Below, one piece after another: positions 28,448-37,828 of a DNA stretch of 64,000 nucleotides. The notes below the pieces were generated by a model, which was not told the origin of the DNA, ran no database searches, and saw only the letters and a program-made list of their open reading frames with translations. Made by a program: the position numbers and the translations under genes. Source of the stretch: Nanobdellota archaeon (lineage in GTDB: Archaea; Nanobdellota; Nanobdellia; Pacearchaeales; GW2011-AR1); NCBI GenBank assembly GCA_030648155.1, contig JAUSIK010000013.1, forward strand, positions 65,924-129,923. Reading direction: 5' to 3'. How positions within the stretch are numbered: the stretch's first letter is position 1; the number at the start of each line of letters is the position of its first letter.

Positions 28448-29029
28448 TTAAATTTTTATTCGATAATGGTATATTTTATCAAAGCGAATTGTCCAGGAAC
28501 AGGTTTGTTTTATTGATGCTTTTTCCATTATTTTTCTAAAAAGACGGATTGAATTTCCATGTGCTGAAATTGCCACATTGACTTTATTTTTTATCATTAA
28601 ATCTTTTAAATCTTTAATAAAAGAAGAGACTCTTTTTTCTACCTGCTTGAAACTCTCTCCTTTTGGAGGCGAGGCGGAGAAATCTCTATGAATTCTATTA
28701 AATTCATCCAGGGAATGCTTTTTTATATAATCTTCATGAAGAGTTCCATTTAGAGTGCCGTAATTTCGCTCTATTATCCTATTATCGATGATAATTTTTT
28801 TACATTCAGGGTGGAATTTTAGAACTTGTTTAAGTGTTTGTTTTGAGCGATTTAATTTTGTTTGAAAAGCAACCTGAAATTCTTTATTTTTCAGTTTATT
28901 TGCCAAAATTTTGGCTTGTTTTTTCCCCAATGCTGTTAGTGGAGGGTTATGCAGACCTGTAAAACGTTTGTCTCTATTATAAGTAGTTTGATCGTGACGG
29001 AAAAGATAGATATTTAGTTTATTTGCCAT
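28448..29029 (-). CDS. histidine phosphatase superfamily (phosphoglycerate-mutase-like) protein
   Basis: LFRHDQTTYN is a variant of the RHG motif. A downstream His is in SAHGNSIR. Confidence 0.55.
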   Translation of the reverse strand: MANKLNIYLFRHDQTTYNRDKRFTGLHNPPLTALGKKQAKILANKLKNKEFQVAFQTKLNRSKQTLKQVLKFHPECKKIIIDNRIIERNYGTLNGTLHEDYIKKHSLDEFNRIHRDFSASPPKGESFKQVEKRVSSFIKDLKDLMIKNKVNVAISAHGNSIRLFRKIMEKASIKQTCSWTIRFDKIYHYRIKI

Positions 29030-29103
29030 TTCATATAGGTGGAAGGATGGATTTTTATATGTAATGGAATGTTGTGTTTGTTTGCAATAAAGAATAAAAA
29101 GGT

Positions 29104-29391
29104 ATGAAGGTAAGGATAATTATGGGTATTGAATACGGGACAATAATACACAGGATTACTTTTAAAGAATCTGAATTGGTTTCTGATATTGCGAAGGAAC
29201 TAAGGGATAAGCATCCTGCATTGGATGAAAGAGAAAGCTTAAAACTTGCACAGAATTCTTTAAATGGTTTAAGAAGGGATTATGATGAATCACTCTATAA
29301 GGGATTGGTAAGAGAAGGGGTGAATTATGGTGTTAAGTTATATGGGGAATCTGGAAGTGAAGGGCCAGTTGAAGATTTTGGTTTGGGATAG
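29104..29391 (+). CDS. hypothetical protein
   Basis: ORF only. Confidence 0.3.
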   Translation: MKVRIIMGIEYGTIIHRITFKESELVSDIAKELRDKHPALDERESLKLAQNSLNGLRRDYDESLYKGLVREGVNYGVKLYGESGSEGPVEDFGLG

Positions 29392-29415
29392 ATTATGGCT
29401 AATTTTATACACTAT

Positions 29416-29766
29416 TTAATAATCTCTAAATGGCACTATTTTTACATTTTTAACAGATGAACGGATTACATAGCCATCTTTTTTTGGAGAATGCTCTAAT
29501 TCGTTATTCTCTCTCATCAATAACATTACACTTCTAATATCGTTTGTGGTGTATCTATTATTATATAATAACTTAATTTTTGCTGTGACTTCTTCAGGAG
29601 TTTTACCCGGAAAATCGTATCTATCTTGAACTATCTCAAGAACACTAAGAATTAATGGCCTAGCATGTTCGTATATAACTTTTTCACATTGTTCTAATGT
29701 TTTTTTTGCATTTTCTCTTTTTCTAAATGCGTCATTTAATCTCATATTTTGTAAAATTACTTTCAT
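29416..29766 (-). CDS. hypothetical protein
   Basis: ORF only. Confidence 0.3.
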   Translation of the reverse strand: MKVILQNMRLNDAFRKRENAKKTLEQCEKVIYEHARPLILSVLEIVQDRYDFPGKTPEEVTAKIKLLYNNRYTTNDIRSVMLLMRENNELEHSPKKDGYVIRSSVKNVKIVPFRDY

Positions 29767-29836
29767 TATAAAAATATTGTTGTAATAGCTTTATATTCAA
29801 CATTAATCTTAAATAGTTAAATGATTAATATTTATT

Positions 29837-30175
29837 ATGGATATAAAAAATAGAGCAGATATTTTGTCTTTTGGAGACTTATGTGGAAGGATACAAGGTC
29901 TTTATGATTCACAAAATATAAGCATAGCATATGTTAAGATAGAGGAAAATGCAATTTCCCATAAACATGATAAAATGGAAGAGGTTTATTATATACTTAA
30001 GGGGGAGGGAATTATACAAATTGGAAAGGAGAGAAGAAAAATTGGAGTGGATGATGTTATTTCTATACCTAAGGGAGAATATCATCATTTGGAAAATACA
30101 TCTAAGGAACCACTGGAATTAATTGTGGTTACTCATCCTAGATACGATTCAACGGATGTCCATAAAAAAGAATAA
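29837..30175 (+). CDS. cupin-domain protein
   Basis: HKHDKMEEVYYILKGEG...IPKGEYHHLEN shows the two cupin His motifs. Confidence 0.6.
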   Translation: MDIKNRADILSFGDLCGRIQGLYDSQNISIAYVKIEENAISHKHDKMEEVYYILKGEGIIQIGKERRKIGVDDVISIPKGEYHHLENTSKEPLELIVVTHPRYDSTDVHKKE

Positions 30176-30222
30176 TTTTAGACTACAACTAATTTTATAA
30201 GCAAGTTAATTATGAGAATTAT

Positions 30223-30780
30223 ATGCTAACTTATAATGATTTATATGAATTACTTAGAAAGGAGAAATATTCAGAAACTTTACAACAGATAGATCGGAAT
30301 TTTTTGACTGATTTTTCTGAATATTTAAAAAAATTAAGGGAAGAGACTAAAGGGGAGAGTGATTTATTTTCAAACGGTGCTGCGGATTCTAAGAAACAAC
30401 TCGAAAATTCTATTGCGTTATTTAAAGGAATAATCTTAAGAAGAAAGAAGAAATTACTTCAATTAGTTTTTGTGGCGGCTGAAACTGGAATAATGAAAAG
30501 AGACTATGAAAATATGTTTGATTTTGAGAAAAAGATATTTGATAATTTAGTAAAGGCACTAGAAGAAGGGGATAAAGAACTTTCTTTAATTATGAATGGG
30601 CGACAGGATAGCAAATTAGAATTTAAGATGATCATTTTTAATGAAAATATTGATTCGTTTGCTGATATGGAAGGCAATTTAATCGGGCCATTTATTAAAG
30701 GAGATTTGGTTAATTTAGATTCTAAAGTATGCGACGTTTTGGTTAGTGGGAAAAAGGCAAGTTATGTTGATGAAAATTAA
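30223..30780 (+). CDS. GINS subunit (Gins51/Gins23-like)
   Basis: The N-terminus YNDLYELLRKEKYSETLQQIDRNFLTDFSEYLKKL matches the GINS A-domain pattern. Confidence 0.45.
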   Translation: MLTYNDLYELLRKEKYSETLQQIDRNFLTDFSEYLKKLREETKGESDLFSNGAADSKKQLENSIALFKGIILRRKKKLLQLVFVAAETGIMKRDYENMFDFEKKIFDNLVKALEEGDKELSLIMNGRQDSKLEFKMIIFNENIDSFADMEGNLIGPFIKGDLVNLDSKVCDVLVSGKKASYVDEN

Positions 30781-30785
30781 TAATG

Positions 30786-31088
30786 TTAGCCGTAAAGAAT
30801 TGTACCTATAATTATTAATGCATCTAAAACAATCCAAATTACATAAGCAAATATTATTGGCTTATATTTATGGATAATTCCATAGGAAAGCCAGAAACAG
30901 GCAACAATGAGGTATGATGTCCAGGATATTGCTGATACGCCCGATGCGTTTTTTTCCAGCCAAATATTAAGAAGTTGAGGGAGAGTTATTAGCGGGCTTA
31001 TTATTCCAGCTAGATAGATTAATCTATCTATTAACTTTTTTTCATCTCTTTTTGTTATTTTTAGTTTATGTAATATTGAATGTATCAT
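30786..31088 (-). CDS. SemiSWEET-like PQ-loop membrane protein (3 TM)
   Basis: 100 aa with three TM helices and a PQ motif in TLPQLLNIW. Confidence 0.4.
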   Translation of the reverse strand: MIHSILHKLKITKRDEKKLIDRLIYLAGIISPLITLPQLLNIWLEKNASGVSAISWTSYLIVACFWLSYGIIHKYKPIIFAYVIWIVLDALIIIGTILYG

Positions 31089-31279
31089 CTCTTTTTAATT
31101 ACTATAAGAAAAAGGACAATGGAGATTATTATAAATAATGAGGGAAGAATTGAGGTCAACACTAGATTAGTTTTGTCTCCAGGGGAAAGAAGAATTTCCT
31201 TATTTGATGTTAAAAAAAATATTCCTAAGGTGTAAAGAGCAAGGGCTGAAATTGATAGAAATAATTTAGTAGAGTGCAT
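31085..31279 (-). CDS. small membrane protein (2 TM)
   Basis: Overlaps the start of the downstream PQ-loop gene by 4 bp, so probably in an operon with it. Confidence 0.3.
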   Translation of the reverse strand: MHSTKLFLSISALALYTLGIFFLTSNKEILLSPGDKTNLVLTSILPSLFIIISIVLFLIVIKKR

Positions 31280-31303
31280 GTTTTTGTAAATACGGGGAAT
31301 TAT

Positions 31304-31702
31304 TTAAGACTTTTGCTTTTTGAAATTTAATGCTAGGGAGTTCATGCAATATCTTTTTCCAGTTGGATTGGGGCCGTCATCAAAAATATGGCCTAAGTGG
31401 CTTCCGCATTTTTTACAAATAACTTCAACTCTTTTCATAAATAAGGAATCATCTTTTTTTAGTTGGACTGAATTAGGAAGTGCATCATAGAAACTAGGCC
31501 AGCCTGTTCCAGATTCAAATTTTGTTTTCGAGTTGAATAGTGGATTTCCACAGGCTGTGCAGGTATAGACTCCAGTTTCTTTGTTATGAAGCAGAGCTCC
31601 TGTGAATGGGGCTTCTGTTCCTTTTTCTCTAAGTATGTGATATTGTTCTGGGGAAAGTTTTTTCTTGAAGTTTGAGATTGATTGAGGTTTTTTGGATTTC
31701 AT
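31304..31702 (-). CDS. msrB: peptide methionine sulfoxide reductase MsrB
   Basis: Zn-binding CxxC pairs CTACG and CKKCG. The active-site region is GTGWPSF, and the HLGHIFDDGP motif is present. Confidence 0.9.
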   Translation of the reverse strand: MKSKKPQSISNFKKKLSPEQYHILREKGTEAPFTGALLHNKETGVYTCTACGNPLFNSKTKFESGTGWPSFYDALPNSVQLKKDDSLFMKRVEVICKKCGSHLGHIFDDGPNPTGKRYCMNSLALNFKKQKS

Positions 31703-31983
31703 TTTATCATTTCTCCAACACTAGGGATATGCAGTAATATAAATTCTCTAATTTCTTTTTTAAATTCAGGATTCAATGATATTCCAGTAAAATTTGACTT
31801 TTTATATATTAATATCCAGTTCAATTTAGAAAGTTGTTTTAGAGATTCATTAAGATTTTGAAATCTTTTGAAATGTTCTGTTCGGTCATATTTTGCCCCC
31901 CAGTTTTCTTTCCTGGCTAACTTAAACATTATTTCGGCTTTCTCTTTTTCTAAAGTAAGATTCATTTTTATGTAATAATTCAT
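31699..31983 (-). CDS. hypothetical protein
   Basis: ORF only. Overlaps msrB by 4 bp. Confidence 0.3.
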   Translation of the reverse strand: MNYYIKMNLTLEKEKAEIMFKLARKENWGAKYDRTEHFKRFQNLNESLKQLSKLNWILIYKKSNFTGISLNPEFKKEIREFILLHIPSVGEMIK

Positions 31984-32063
31984 TTTTATATAAATGTTTC
32001 TATTTTTGATATATCTCTATTATGAATAGTAATATTTATAAAGGGGCATAATTTAATCATATT

Positions 32064-32402
32064 ATGAAAATTAAAGAGAATAAGTCTTTATTTTTGAAAC
32101 AATTTGGAGATACTCCTCAATTGAGAGTTTTAGACTTTTTTATAGATAATCATTTTTTTGATTTTCCTCTAACGGAAATAGCTAGAGAAAGTAATGTAAG
32201 CTATAATTCATTAAAGTTGATATTACCTCAATTTATTAAGAACGGTATTGTTTACAAAACTAGAAGAATTGGAAAGTCCGATTATTATAAATTAAATTTG
32301 GAAAACCTTATTGTAAAAAATTTGATGAAACTTGATTGGATGCTTGTAGAAAGAAGTATGGAAAATATTGGAAATAAAGAGAAAAAAGTTATTCTATCTT
32401 AA
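32064..32402 (+). CDS. winged-helix DNA-binding protein
   Basis: LTEIARESNVSYNSLKLILPQFIKNGIVYKTRRIGKSDYYKL is an HTH followed by a wing. Confidence 0.4.
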   Translation: MKIKENKSLFLKQFGDTPQLRVLDFFIDNHFFDFPLTEIARESNVSYNSLKLILPQFIKNGIVYKTRRIGKSDYYKLNLENLIVKNLMKLDWMLVERSMENIGNKEKKVILS

Positions 32403-32509
32403 TTATTTAGATATAAATTTCTATTGGATCAATTTTTAATAAAGATCATTGAGACATCCTATAGGATTGGCAAGATATGGTTTAAATAGTTCTTTGATTA
32501 TTTTTATTT

Positions 32510-32947
32510 ATGAGATACGACGGTATAGAGATTATAGGTTCTGGGAAATTTTCAGAGAAAACTGTAGATGCACTTGAATGGATTAAGAGTAAGAGCAAGA
32601 AAGATTATGAAAAAGTTAGGAAATATTTGAAGGTTATAAAGCAGTCATCTCGGTCTTTAATGTTATTAAAGACGGCACAGTTTAATGTTAATATTCGTTC
32701 CGCTTACCATGGAGTTGAATGGTATGCTGGGATTATTGTACATGATGTACATCACTACTATTTGCATGCTATAAAAGGGTTTAAATGGGAACCTAAAACA
32801 TTTGCTAAACATGAATATTTGTGTTTTGATGAACAATTGAAATTTTTAAGGAAAATTAAGGCTCCTCAATGGCTGATAGATCACGTTGAAAAGTCTTACA
32901 AAGCTGGACATTGGAGACCTTCAGCTAGAAAAAAGCAAAATTGGTGA
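32510..32947 (+). CDS. hypothetical protein (His-rich)
   Basis: ORF only. Confidence 0.3.
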   Translation: MRYDGIEIIGSGKFSEKTVDALEWIKSKSKKDYEKVRKYLKVIKQSSRSLMLLKTAQFNVNIRSAYHGVEWYAGIIVHDVHHYYLHAIKGFKWEPKTFAKHEYLCFDEQLKFLRKIKAPQWLIDHVEKSYKAGHWRPSARKKQNW

Positions 32948-32956
32948 AGGTTCAAG

Positions 32957-33096
32957 AAAAGCCTCAAGAGGGATTTGAAATACAAACTTTTTAGAAAAAA
33001 GTTTCTATGAGTTCAAAAACTTAGAAGGCTATTGATTCTCAATAGTTGTCTAGCGCATGCACAATTCCTTAAGAATTGATTGGAATTTTCAATTCC
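32957..33096 (-). mobile_element. 140-bp unit at tRNA-Thr: a 23-bp copy of the tRNA-Thr 3' end (32957-32979) plus a 117-bp hairpin-rich element
   Basis: aaaagcctcaagagggatttgaa occurs at 32957-32979 and again at 33097-33119, where it spans the tRNA 3' end plus 4 nt of trailer. The intervening sequence shares about 90 bp with 43853-43945. Confidence 0.6.
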
Positions 33097-33100
33097 AAAA

Positions 33101-33190
33101 AGCCTCAAGAGGGATTTGAACCCCCGACCCTTAGTTCGTTTGGATTTCTTCTCATACAAAACTAATGCTCTACCACTGAGCTATTGAGGC
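33101..33190 (-). tRNA. tRNA-Thr (anticodon TGT) with an 18-nt intron after position 37
   Basis: Acceptor stem is GCCTCAA/TTGAGGC, D arm GCTC-AGTGGTA-GAGC, and anticodon stem TTAGT/ACTAA enclosing a 25-nt loop. That loop is the 7-nt loop TTTGTA.A plus the intron TGAGAAGAAATCCAAACG. Confidence 0.8.
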
Positions 33191-33288
33191 ATATAAAGAT
33201 TAGATTTTGAAGAGTTTATAAGATTTTGGTTTTGTTTTTGAGCTGATTTTTATCCTTAATTTTTTGCAGATAGAAAGGTTTAAGTATT

Positions 33289-33308
33289 ATTACGTATAAT
33301 TACGTAAT
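33289..33308. promoter_or_regulatory. perfect 20-bp palindrome attacgtataattacgtaat abutting the start codon of the AbrB-NTase gene, a putative operator
   Basis: The 8-bp arms attacgta and tacgtaat are exact reverse complements, and the palindrome ends at the ATG at 33309. Confidence 0.45.
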
Positions 33309-34112
33309 ATGGTAGTTATAAGCAGAGTCAGCAGGGGGAGCAAAATGGATCAGATATATCTGCCTAGAAATAGAGAGGGCTTGAATGCAGGAGATTATGT
33401 CGTAGTTGAAGCCTTAGAAGAGGAAATTGGCAGAGAGAAGAAAAATGGAAAAGTAAATGAGAGGCTTTTCTTTTATGGTGTTAAGGACTTAGAGCCAATA
33501 AAATTAGAGATAATTAAAAAAGTTATGAAAATTTTGATGGATAAAAGGGCGTTTATATATAATAATATTATTATTACAGGGTCTTTTTTGAATAAGGGAT
33601 TTAATTTTAAAGATATAGATTTAATTATTGTGGGTGATAAAATTAATGGGAAATATTTGAAAGGAATTCTAGAAGAAAAAACAGGCATTGAATTTCATAT
33701 TAATGGAATAAAGAATAAGGATTTGATAGCTGGGCTGGAAAGTGATCCATTATATGAAATGATGCTAAATAAGTGCATTTCAAAGAAGAGATTTGTTTAT
33801 AGGACAAAGAGAAAAATAGACTATAAAATTTTGGATTTGCATTTATTAAAAAGCAAGGCCTTAATAGATAATTTTGATATATTAAATGGGGGAGAAAAAT
33901 ATTATTTGGTGAGAAATGCTATGGCAATATATCTTTTTATCAAAGGGAAAAAAATTAGCAAAGAGAGTGTAGACACAGAAGTGAAAAAAATATTTGGAGT
34001 AAATATTGATAAAATTAAAGACAACTTGCTAGATAGGGATGATTTTATAAGAAAGTATAATTCTTTTTATGATAAGGTATTTGATTTAATTATAAGGGGC
34101 GGTAGGAAATAG
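33309..34112 (+). CDS. AbrB-like N-terminal domain fused to a pol-beta-type nucleotidyltransferase
   Basis: QIYLPRNREGLNAGDYVVVE is a swapped-hairpin-like motif. IIITGSFLNKGFNFKDIDLIIVGD matches the GS..D.D nucleotidyltransferase signature. It is a paralog of 44389..45177. Confidence 0.55.
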   Translation: MVVISRVSRGSKMDQIYLPRNREGLNAGDYVVVEALEEEIGREKKNGKVNERLFFYGVKDLEPIKLEIIKKVMKILMDKRAFIYNNIIITGSFLNKGFNFKDIDLIIVGDKINGKYLKGILEEKTGIEFHINGIKNKDLIAGLESDPLYEMMLNKCISKKRFVYRTKRKIDYKILDLHLLKSKALIDNFDILNGGEKYYLVRNAMAIYLFIKGKKISKESVDTEVKKIFGVNIDKIKDNLLDRDDFIRKYNSFYDKVFDLIIRGGRK

Positions 34113-34447
34113 TGCATAATAGAAATAAATTAATTGATATTCTTATAAGTAACATCTCTAATGCAGTTGTTCATAGAATTCTTGAGAAAGCTACTCTAAA
34201 TCCAGAAATTGTGGATTGGTATAGAAAGGAAATGATAAATAGTTTTCAAATCGCAAAAAAATATAGGGATATGATTAATCCTAAAGAAAAATTACCTGAA
34301 AAAAATATTGCCTATATTAGAGATAAAATTCTTCGAAAAGTTAAGGGGGAATTATTAATTAGGGTCAATAAGGGATACGAAAACATTGATTTAGATAAGG
34401 TTGAGGAAGAAATTGATCAAGTTTTAGAAGAGATGAAAGTAATTTAA
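34112..34447 (+). CDS. hypothetical helical protein (GTG start overlapping the upstream stop)
   Basis: ORF only. It may be a HEPN-like partner of the nucleotidyltransferase, but that is not demonstrated. Confidence 0.3.
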   Translation: MHNRNKLIDILISNISNAVVHRILEKATLNPEIVDWYRKEMINSFQIAKKYRDMINPKEKLPEKNIAYIRDKILRKVKGELLIRVNKGYENIDLDKVEEEIDQVLEEMKVI

Positions 34448-34647
34448 AAATTAAGAAAAGTAAAGTAAACCTCTTAATTTTTTTACAAATGTAAAAATTA
34501 AAAAGATATGTAAAAAACATAAAATCAAATTATTAATAATATAGGGATAATGGGGAGATGGTTGTAGGACAAGGGGAGGGGCAAGTTATTAACTGTATTT
34601 AGCAAATTAAGAAATTTTAAATAGGGTTATTTACTGGGGTTAGAAAG

Positions 34648-34718
34648 GGTCTCATCGTCTAGTGGTAGGACATATCTTTGACGTGGATAGGGCGGCAGTT
34701 CGATTCTGCCTGGGACCA
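34648..34718 (+). tRNA. tRNA-Val (anticodon GAC)
   Basis: Acceptor stem is GGTCTCA/TGGGACC, anticodon stem TATCT/GGATA with loop TTGACGT, and T arm GGCAG-TTCGATT-CTGCC. A TTTTAAATA box lies about 35 nt upstream. Confidence 0.7.
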
Positions 34719-34756
34719 TAGGAAATATTTATATACTGGAATATATATTTTATGAT

Positions 34757-35233
34757 ATGGATATTACAAAAGGAGGTGTAACTTTTGTTAGTGTTTTTCT
34801 TTTAAGTATAACTTTTGTTAGTGCTTTACATAGCGATATTTCTAGTTTTGAGGCAAATATATTAGGAGAACCGGAACCAGTTGTAAGTATTTCAGTACCT
34901 GATAGCGTATTTTTTGGAGATTTAGAAAAGGGAAAACGATCTGATGAAATTAGAATTAATATTACTAATACTGGTACTGTTGGGGTTTTTATAACTCCTC
35001 AATTAGTTGATACATCTGAAAAAATATTTAATTACACTTATTTTGCAAGAAGAACCACTAATCCTTTTGAAAGAATTGGAAACTTTACATTTAATATAAC
35101 TGCTCCTGCGAGGGGAGAGGTTGAAAAAGAATTTATATATGCTAGATTAGATTTAATAAGTTTTACAGGCAATATAAATAATGATATTCCTGGACACAAA
35201 GCAGATGTTAGATTTTTTGCAGTGGCCATGTAA
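34757..35233 (+). CDS. small secreted protein with a possible class-III (type IV pilin-like) signal peptide
   Basis: The N-terminus MDITKG-GVTFVSVFLLSITFV has a charged residue, then Gly, then a hydrophobic stretch. The rest is beta-rich with N-x-T sequons. Confidence 0.35.
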   Translation: MDITKGGVTFVSVFLLSITFVSALHSDISSFEANILGEPEPVVSISVPDSVFFGDLEKGKRSDEIRINITNTGTVGVFITPQLVDTSEKIFNYTYFARRTTNPFERIGNFTFNITAPARGEVEKEFIYARLDLISFTGNINNDIPGHKADVRFFAVAM

Positions 35234-35762
35234 GTCATGTTTATTATTGATTATAGGATTGTTTTTGATAACCAGCTGTAGCGGGTTAGAACTGGGAGTA
35301 TCTCCTCCAGAGATAGTTTTTTCAGGGAAACAAGGAGACACTATATGCAAAGAAATAAAGATTTTTAGTGATAAAAGTGTTAATTTAGTTTTAAATGACT
35401 CCTGGAGTGAAAAGAAACTTATTTCAAGAAATATTAATGACTATAATTATAATAATAAAAAATTTGGAATAACTGCAGATTATCATAAAAGGGCTTTTGT
35501 TGATGGAAAATATGCGTCTATTATATGTTTAAGCGGAGAAAATTCTGGAAGATATTATGGATTGTTAAAAGTTAATTCTGAAAATGGCAATGTAGGCTTA
35601 GGAACTTGGCTGGTTCTAAACTTGAGTGAATCTGGAAAGAGGTTAAGCCCTATATCTAAAAGAGCTACAGATACAAAGCAATTTAATTTTTTAATTTATT
35701 TGAATATATTCTTGTTGATTATTATTGCAGTATTGATAACTTTTCACTTAGTTACTAAGTAA
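35181..35762 (+). CDS. secreted protein with an N-terminal signal/lipobox-like LITSC and a C-terminal TM anchor
   Basis: The signal region reads LLLIIGLFLITSCSG and the C-terminal anchor FNFLIYLNIFLLIIIAVLITFHL. Confidence 0.35.
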   Translation: MIFLDTKQMLDFLQWPCKSCLLLIIGLFLITSCSGLELGVSPPEIVFSGKQGDTICKEIKIFSDKSVNLVLNDSWSEKKLISRNINDYNYNNKKFGITADYHKRAFVDGKYASIICLSGENSGRYYGLLKVNSENGNVGLGTWLVLNLSESGKRLSPISKRATDTKQFNFLIYLNIFLLIIIAVLITFHLVTK

Positions 35763-35831
35763 GTTAGTAAGTTAGTTAATAAGAAAGGTTTTTATAGTAT
35801 TTTTACCAATAGAATTAAGGAAAAAGAGGGA

Positions 35832-35972
35832 ATGAAGAAATATTTACTTTTAATAGAGGATGAGCATTTGTGGGATGAGTTTAAAAAAGTTCTAAATAAA
35901 GATATTAACAGCGAGATTCTTGAATTAATAAAAGAAAGAATTAAAACAAAAGGGGGAAGAAGAGAAAAATGA
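35832..35972 (+). CDS. possible 46-aa ORF whose stop overlaps the next gene's ATG (ATGA)
   Basis: Hand translation gives MKKYLLLIEDEHLWDEFKKVLNKDINSEILELIKERIKTKGGRREK. It could instead be leader sequence, so confidence is low. Confidence 0.2.
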   Translation: MKKYLLLIEDEHLWDEFKKVLNKDINSEILELIKERIKTKGGRREK

Positions 35973-37828
35973 TTTTTGAAAAAAAAGGGCAGATGACTAT
36001 ATTTGTTATTATGGCTATAGTATTGGCTGCAGGAATTATAACCTATTTTGTCGTTCGTGGAAACTTGGGAAATAATAATGTTCCTAGCGAACTAGAGCCT
36101 GTTTTTAATTATTATAAAGAATGCATAAGGCAGGAAACTAGAAATGGGGCAAGTTTGGCTGGAAGCCAGGGGGGATATATTGATGTCCCAGCTTACAAAC
36201 CTGGAACTGAATTTGCTCCTTTTTCATCTGAATTAAACTTTTTGGGTTTTCCAGTTCCTTATTGGTATTATGTATCTGGGAATGGACTAATAAAAGAGCA
36301 AATGCCGAGTAAAGCAGATATTTCTATTGAAATTGGAGAGTATGTTGGAGAGGAATTAGAAAGATGCGACTTTACTCCTTTTATTGCACAGGGATATAGC
36401 ATTGAGGTTGACGAGGCTGATGTTAAAGTGGATATTGAAAATACAAAATTGAGGGCAAGAGTGATTTCTGAAATGACCGTCTCAAAAGGAGAGGCATATG
36501 CTAGAATTAGCGAGCATAATATTGAAATAAATAGTAAACTAGGAAAATTTTATGATATTGCAAGAAAAATTTATGAAAAACAAAGAGCCGATGCAGTTTT
36601 TGAAACTTATGCAATAGATGTTTTAAGATTATACACTCCTGTAGATGGGGTTGAAATAAGCTGTTCTGGAAAAGTTTGGAAAACAAATGATGTGATACAA
36701 GAATTAAAATCAGGACTTGAAGCGAATATTGGTGCTTTGAAATTTAAGGGCGACTATTATAATCTTATTAACAAAAAAGGAGAATATTATGTAATTGATG
36801 CAGGTGAAGATATAGATGAGAATATTAACTTGATATATTCTAGAGAAATGCCTTCTAAAGTAGAAATAGTTGGAGAGGGAGTCGATGATGATTTAATGAT
36901 AGCTTCACCAGTAGGAATACAAGAGGGATTAGGCATCCTTGGATTTTGTTATGCTCCTTATCATTTTGTTTATGATGCCAGTTTTCCAATTATGGTGCAG
37001 ATATATAATAATGAAGAAATATTCCAGTTTCCTGTAGTGGTTATTATTGATAATAATGTTGCAAGAGAGGGAGTATTTTCAGAATTGGAGCAGGATAGTG
37101 AGGAGTTTGATTTGTGCGAGTTTATGAACCAGGATATTGAAGTAAATATTTATGATGTGAATTTAGAAAGAGCAAATGCTAATATTTCTTACCAATGCTT
37201 TAATCAGCGATGCAGACTCGGAGAAAGTAAAGATGGAAACTTTGCAGGAAAGGCTCCATCATGTTTAAATGGAGAGATTTTACTAAGGGCAGATGGATTT
37301 AGTGATAAGAGTGAAGAGTTTTCAACAAATAAAGAAAAAAATATTGATATTATACTTGAAAGGGAGTATAATGTTAAACTTGACTTAAATGTTGGAGGGA
37401 AAAAACTTGATGGAACTGCAATAATTTCCTTTACTGATTCAAATGGAGAAAGCAAAAGTACGTTATTGCCTGATTCTCCAGAGATTAAATTGAGCGAGGG
37501 CGAATACGAGATAAAAATTTATGTTTATGGAAATTCAAGCATAACTATTCCTTCAAGCAAACGAACACAATGCCAAGATGTTCCTCGATCTGGAATAATG
37601 GGCTTTTTTGGAGGGACCAAAGAACAATGCTTCGATATATCAATACCTGAAACTAAAATAGAATATGCATTAAGGGGAGGGGGCACGTCTAAGGAATATA
37701 TCCTTGCTGATTATTTAGAAACTGGAAATATTGAGATAAATGTTGATGAACTTCCTTTACCTAAATCATTAGAAGAATTACAATATAATTACGCTTCCTT
37801 TGAAGGGATGAGGGTGACAATTATATGA
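35969..37828 (+). CDS. large secreted protein with a class-III (archaeal type IV pilin-like) signal peptide
   Basis: The N-terminus MIFEKKGQ-MTIFVIMAIVLAAGIITYFVV shows the KGQ cleavage motif followed by a hydrophobic helix. It is translationally coupled to the downstream giant gene (ATGA). Confidence 0.5.
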   Translation: MIFEKKGQMTIFVIMAIVLAAGIITYFVVRGNLGNNNVPSELEPVFNYYKECIRQETRNGASLAGSQGGYIDVPAYKPGTEFAPFSSELNFLGFPVPYWYYVSGNGLIKEQMPSKADISIEIGEYVGEELERCDFTPFIAQGYSIEVDEADVKVDIENTKLRARVISEMTVSKGEAYARISEHNIEINSKLGKFYDIARKIYEKQRADAVFETYAIDVLRLYTPVDGVEISCSGKVWKTNDVIQELKSGLEANIGALKFKGDYYNLINKKGEYYVIDAGEDIDENINLIYSREMPSKVEIVGEGVDDDLMIASPVGIQEGLGILGFCYAPYHFVYDASFPIMVQIYNNEEIFQFPVVVIIDNNVAREGVFSELEQDSEEFDLCEFMNQDIEVNIYDVNLERANANISYQCFNQRCRLGESKDGNFAGKAPSCLNGEILLRADGFSDKSEEFSTNKEKNIDIILEREYNVKLDLNVGGKKLDGTAIISFTDSNGESKSTLLPDSPEIKLSEGEYEIKIYVYGNSSITIPSSKRTQCQDVPRSGIMGFFGGTKEQCFDISIPETKIEYALRGGGTSKEYILADYLETGNIEINVDELPLPKSLEELQYNYASFEGMRVTII

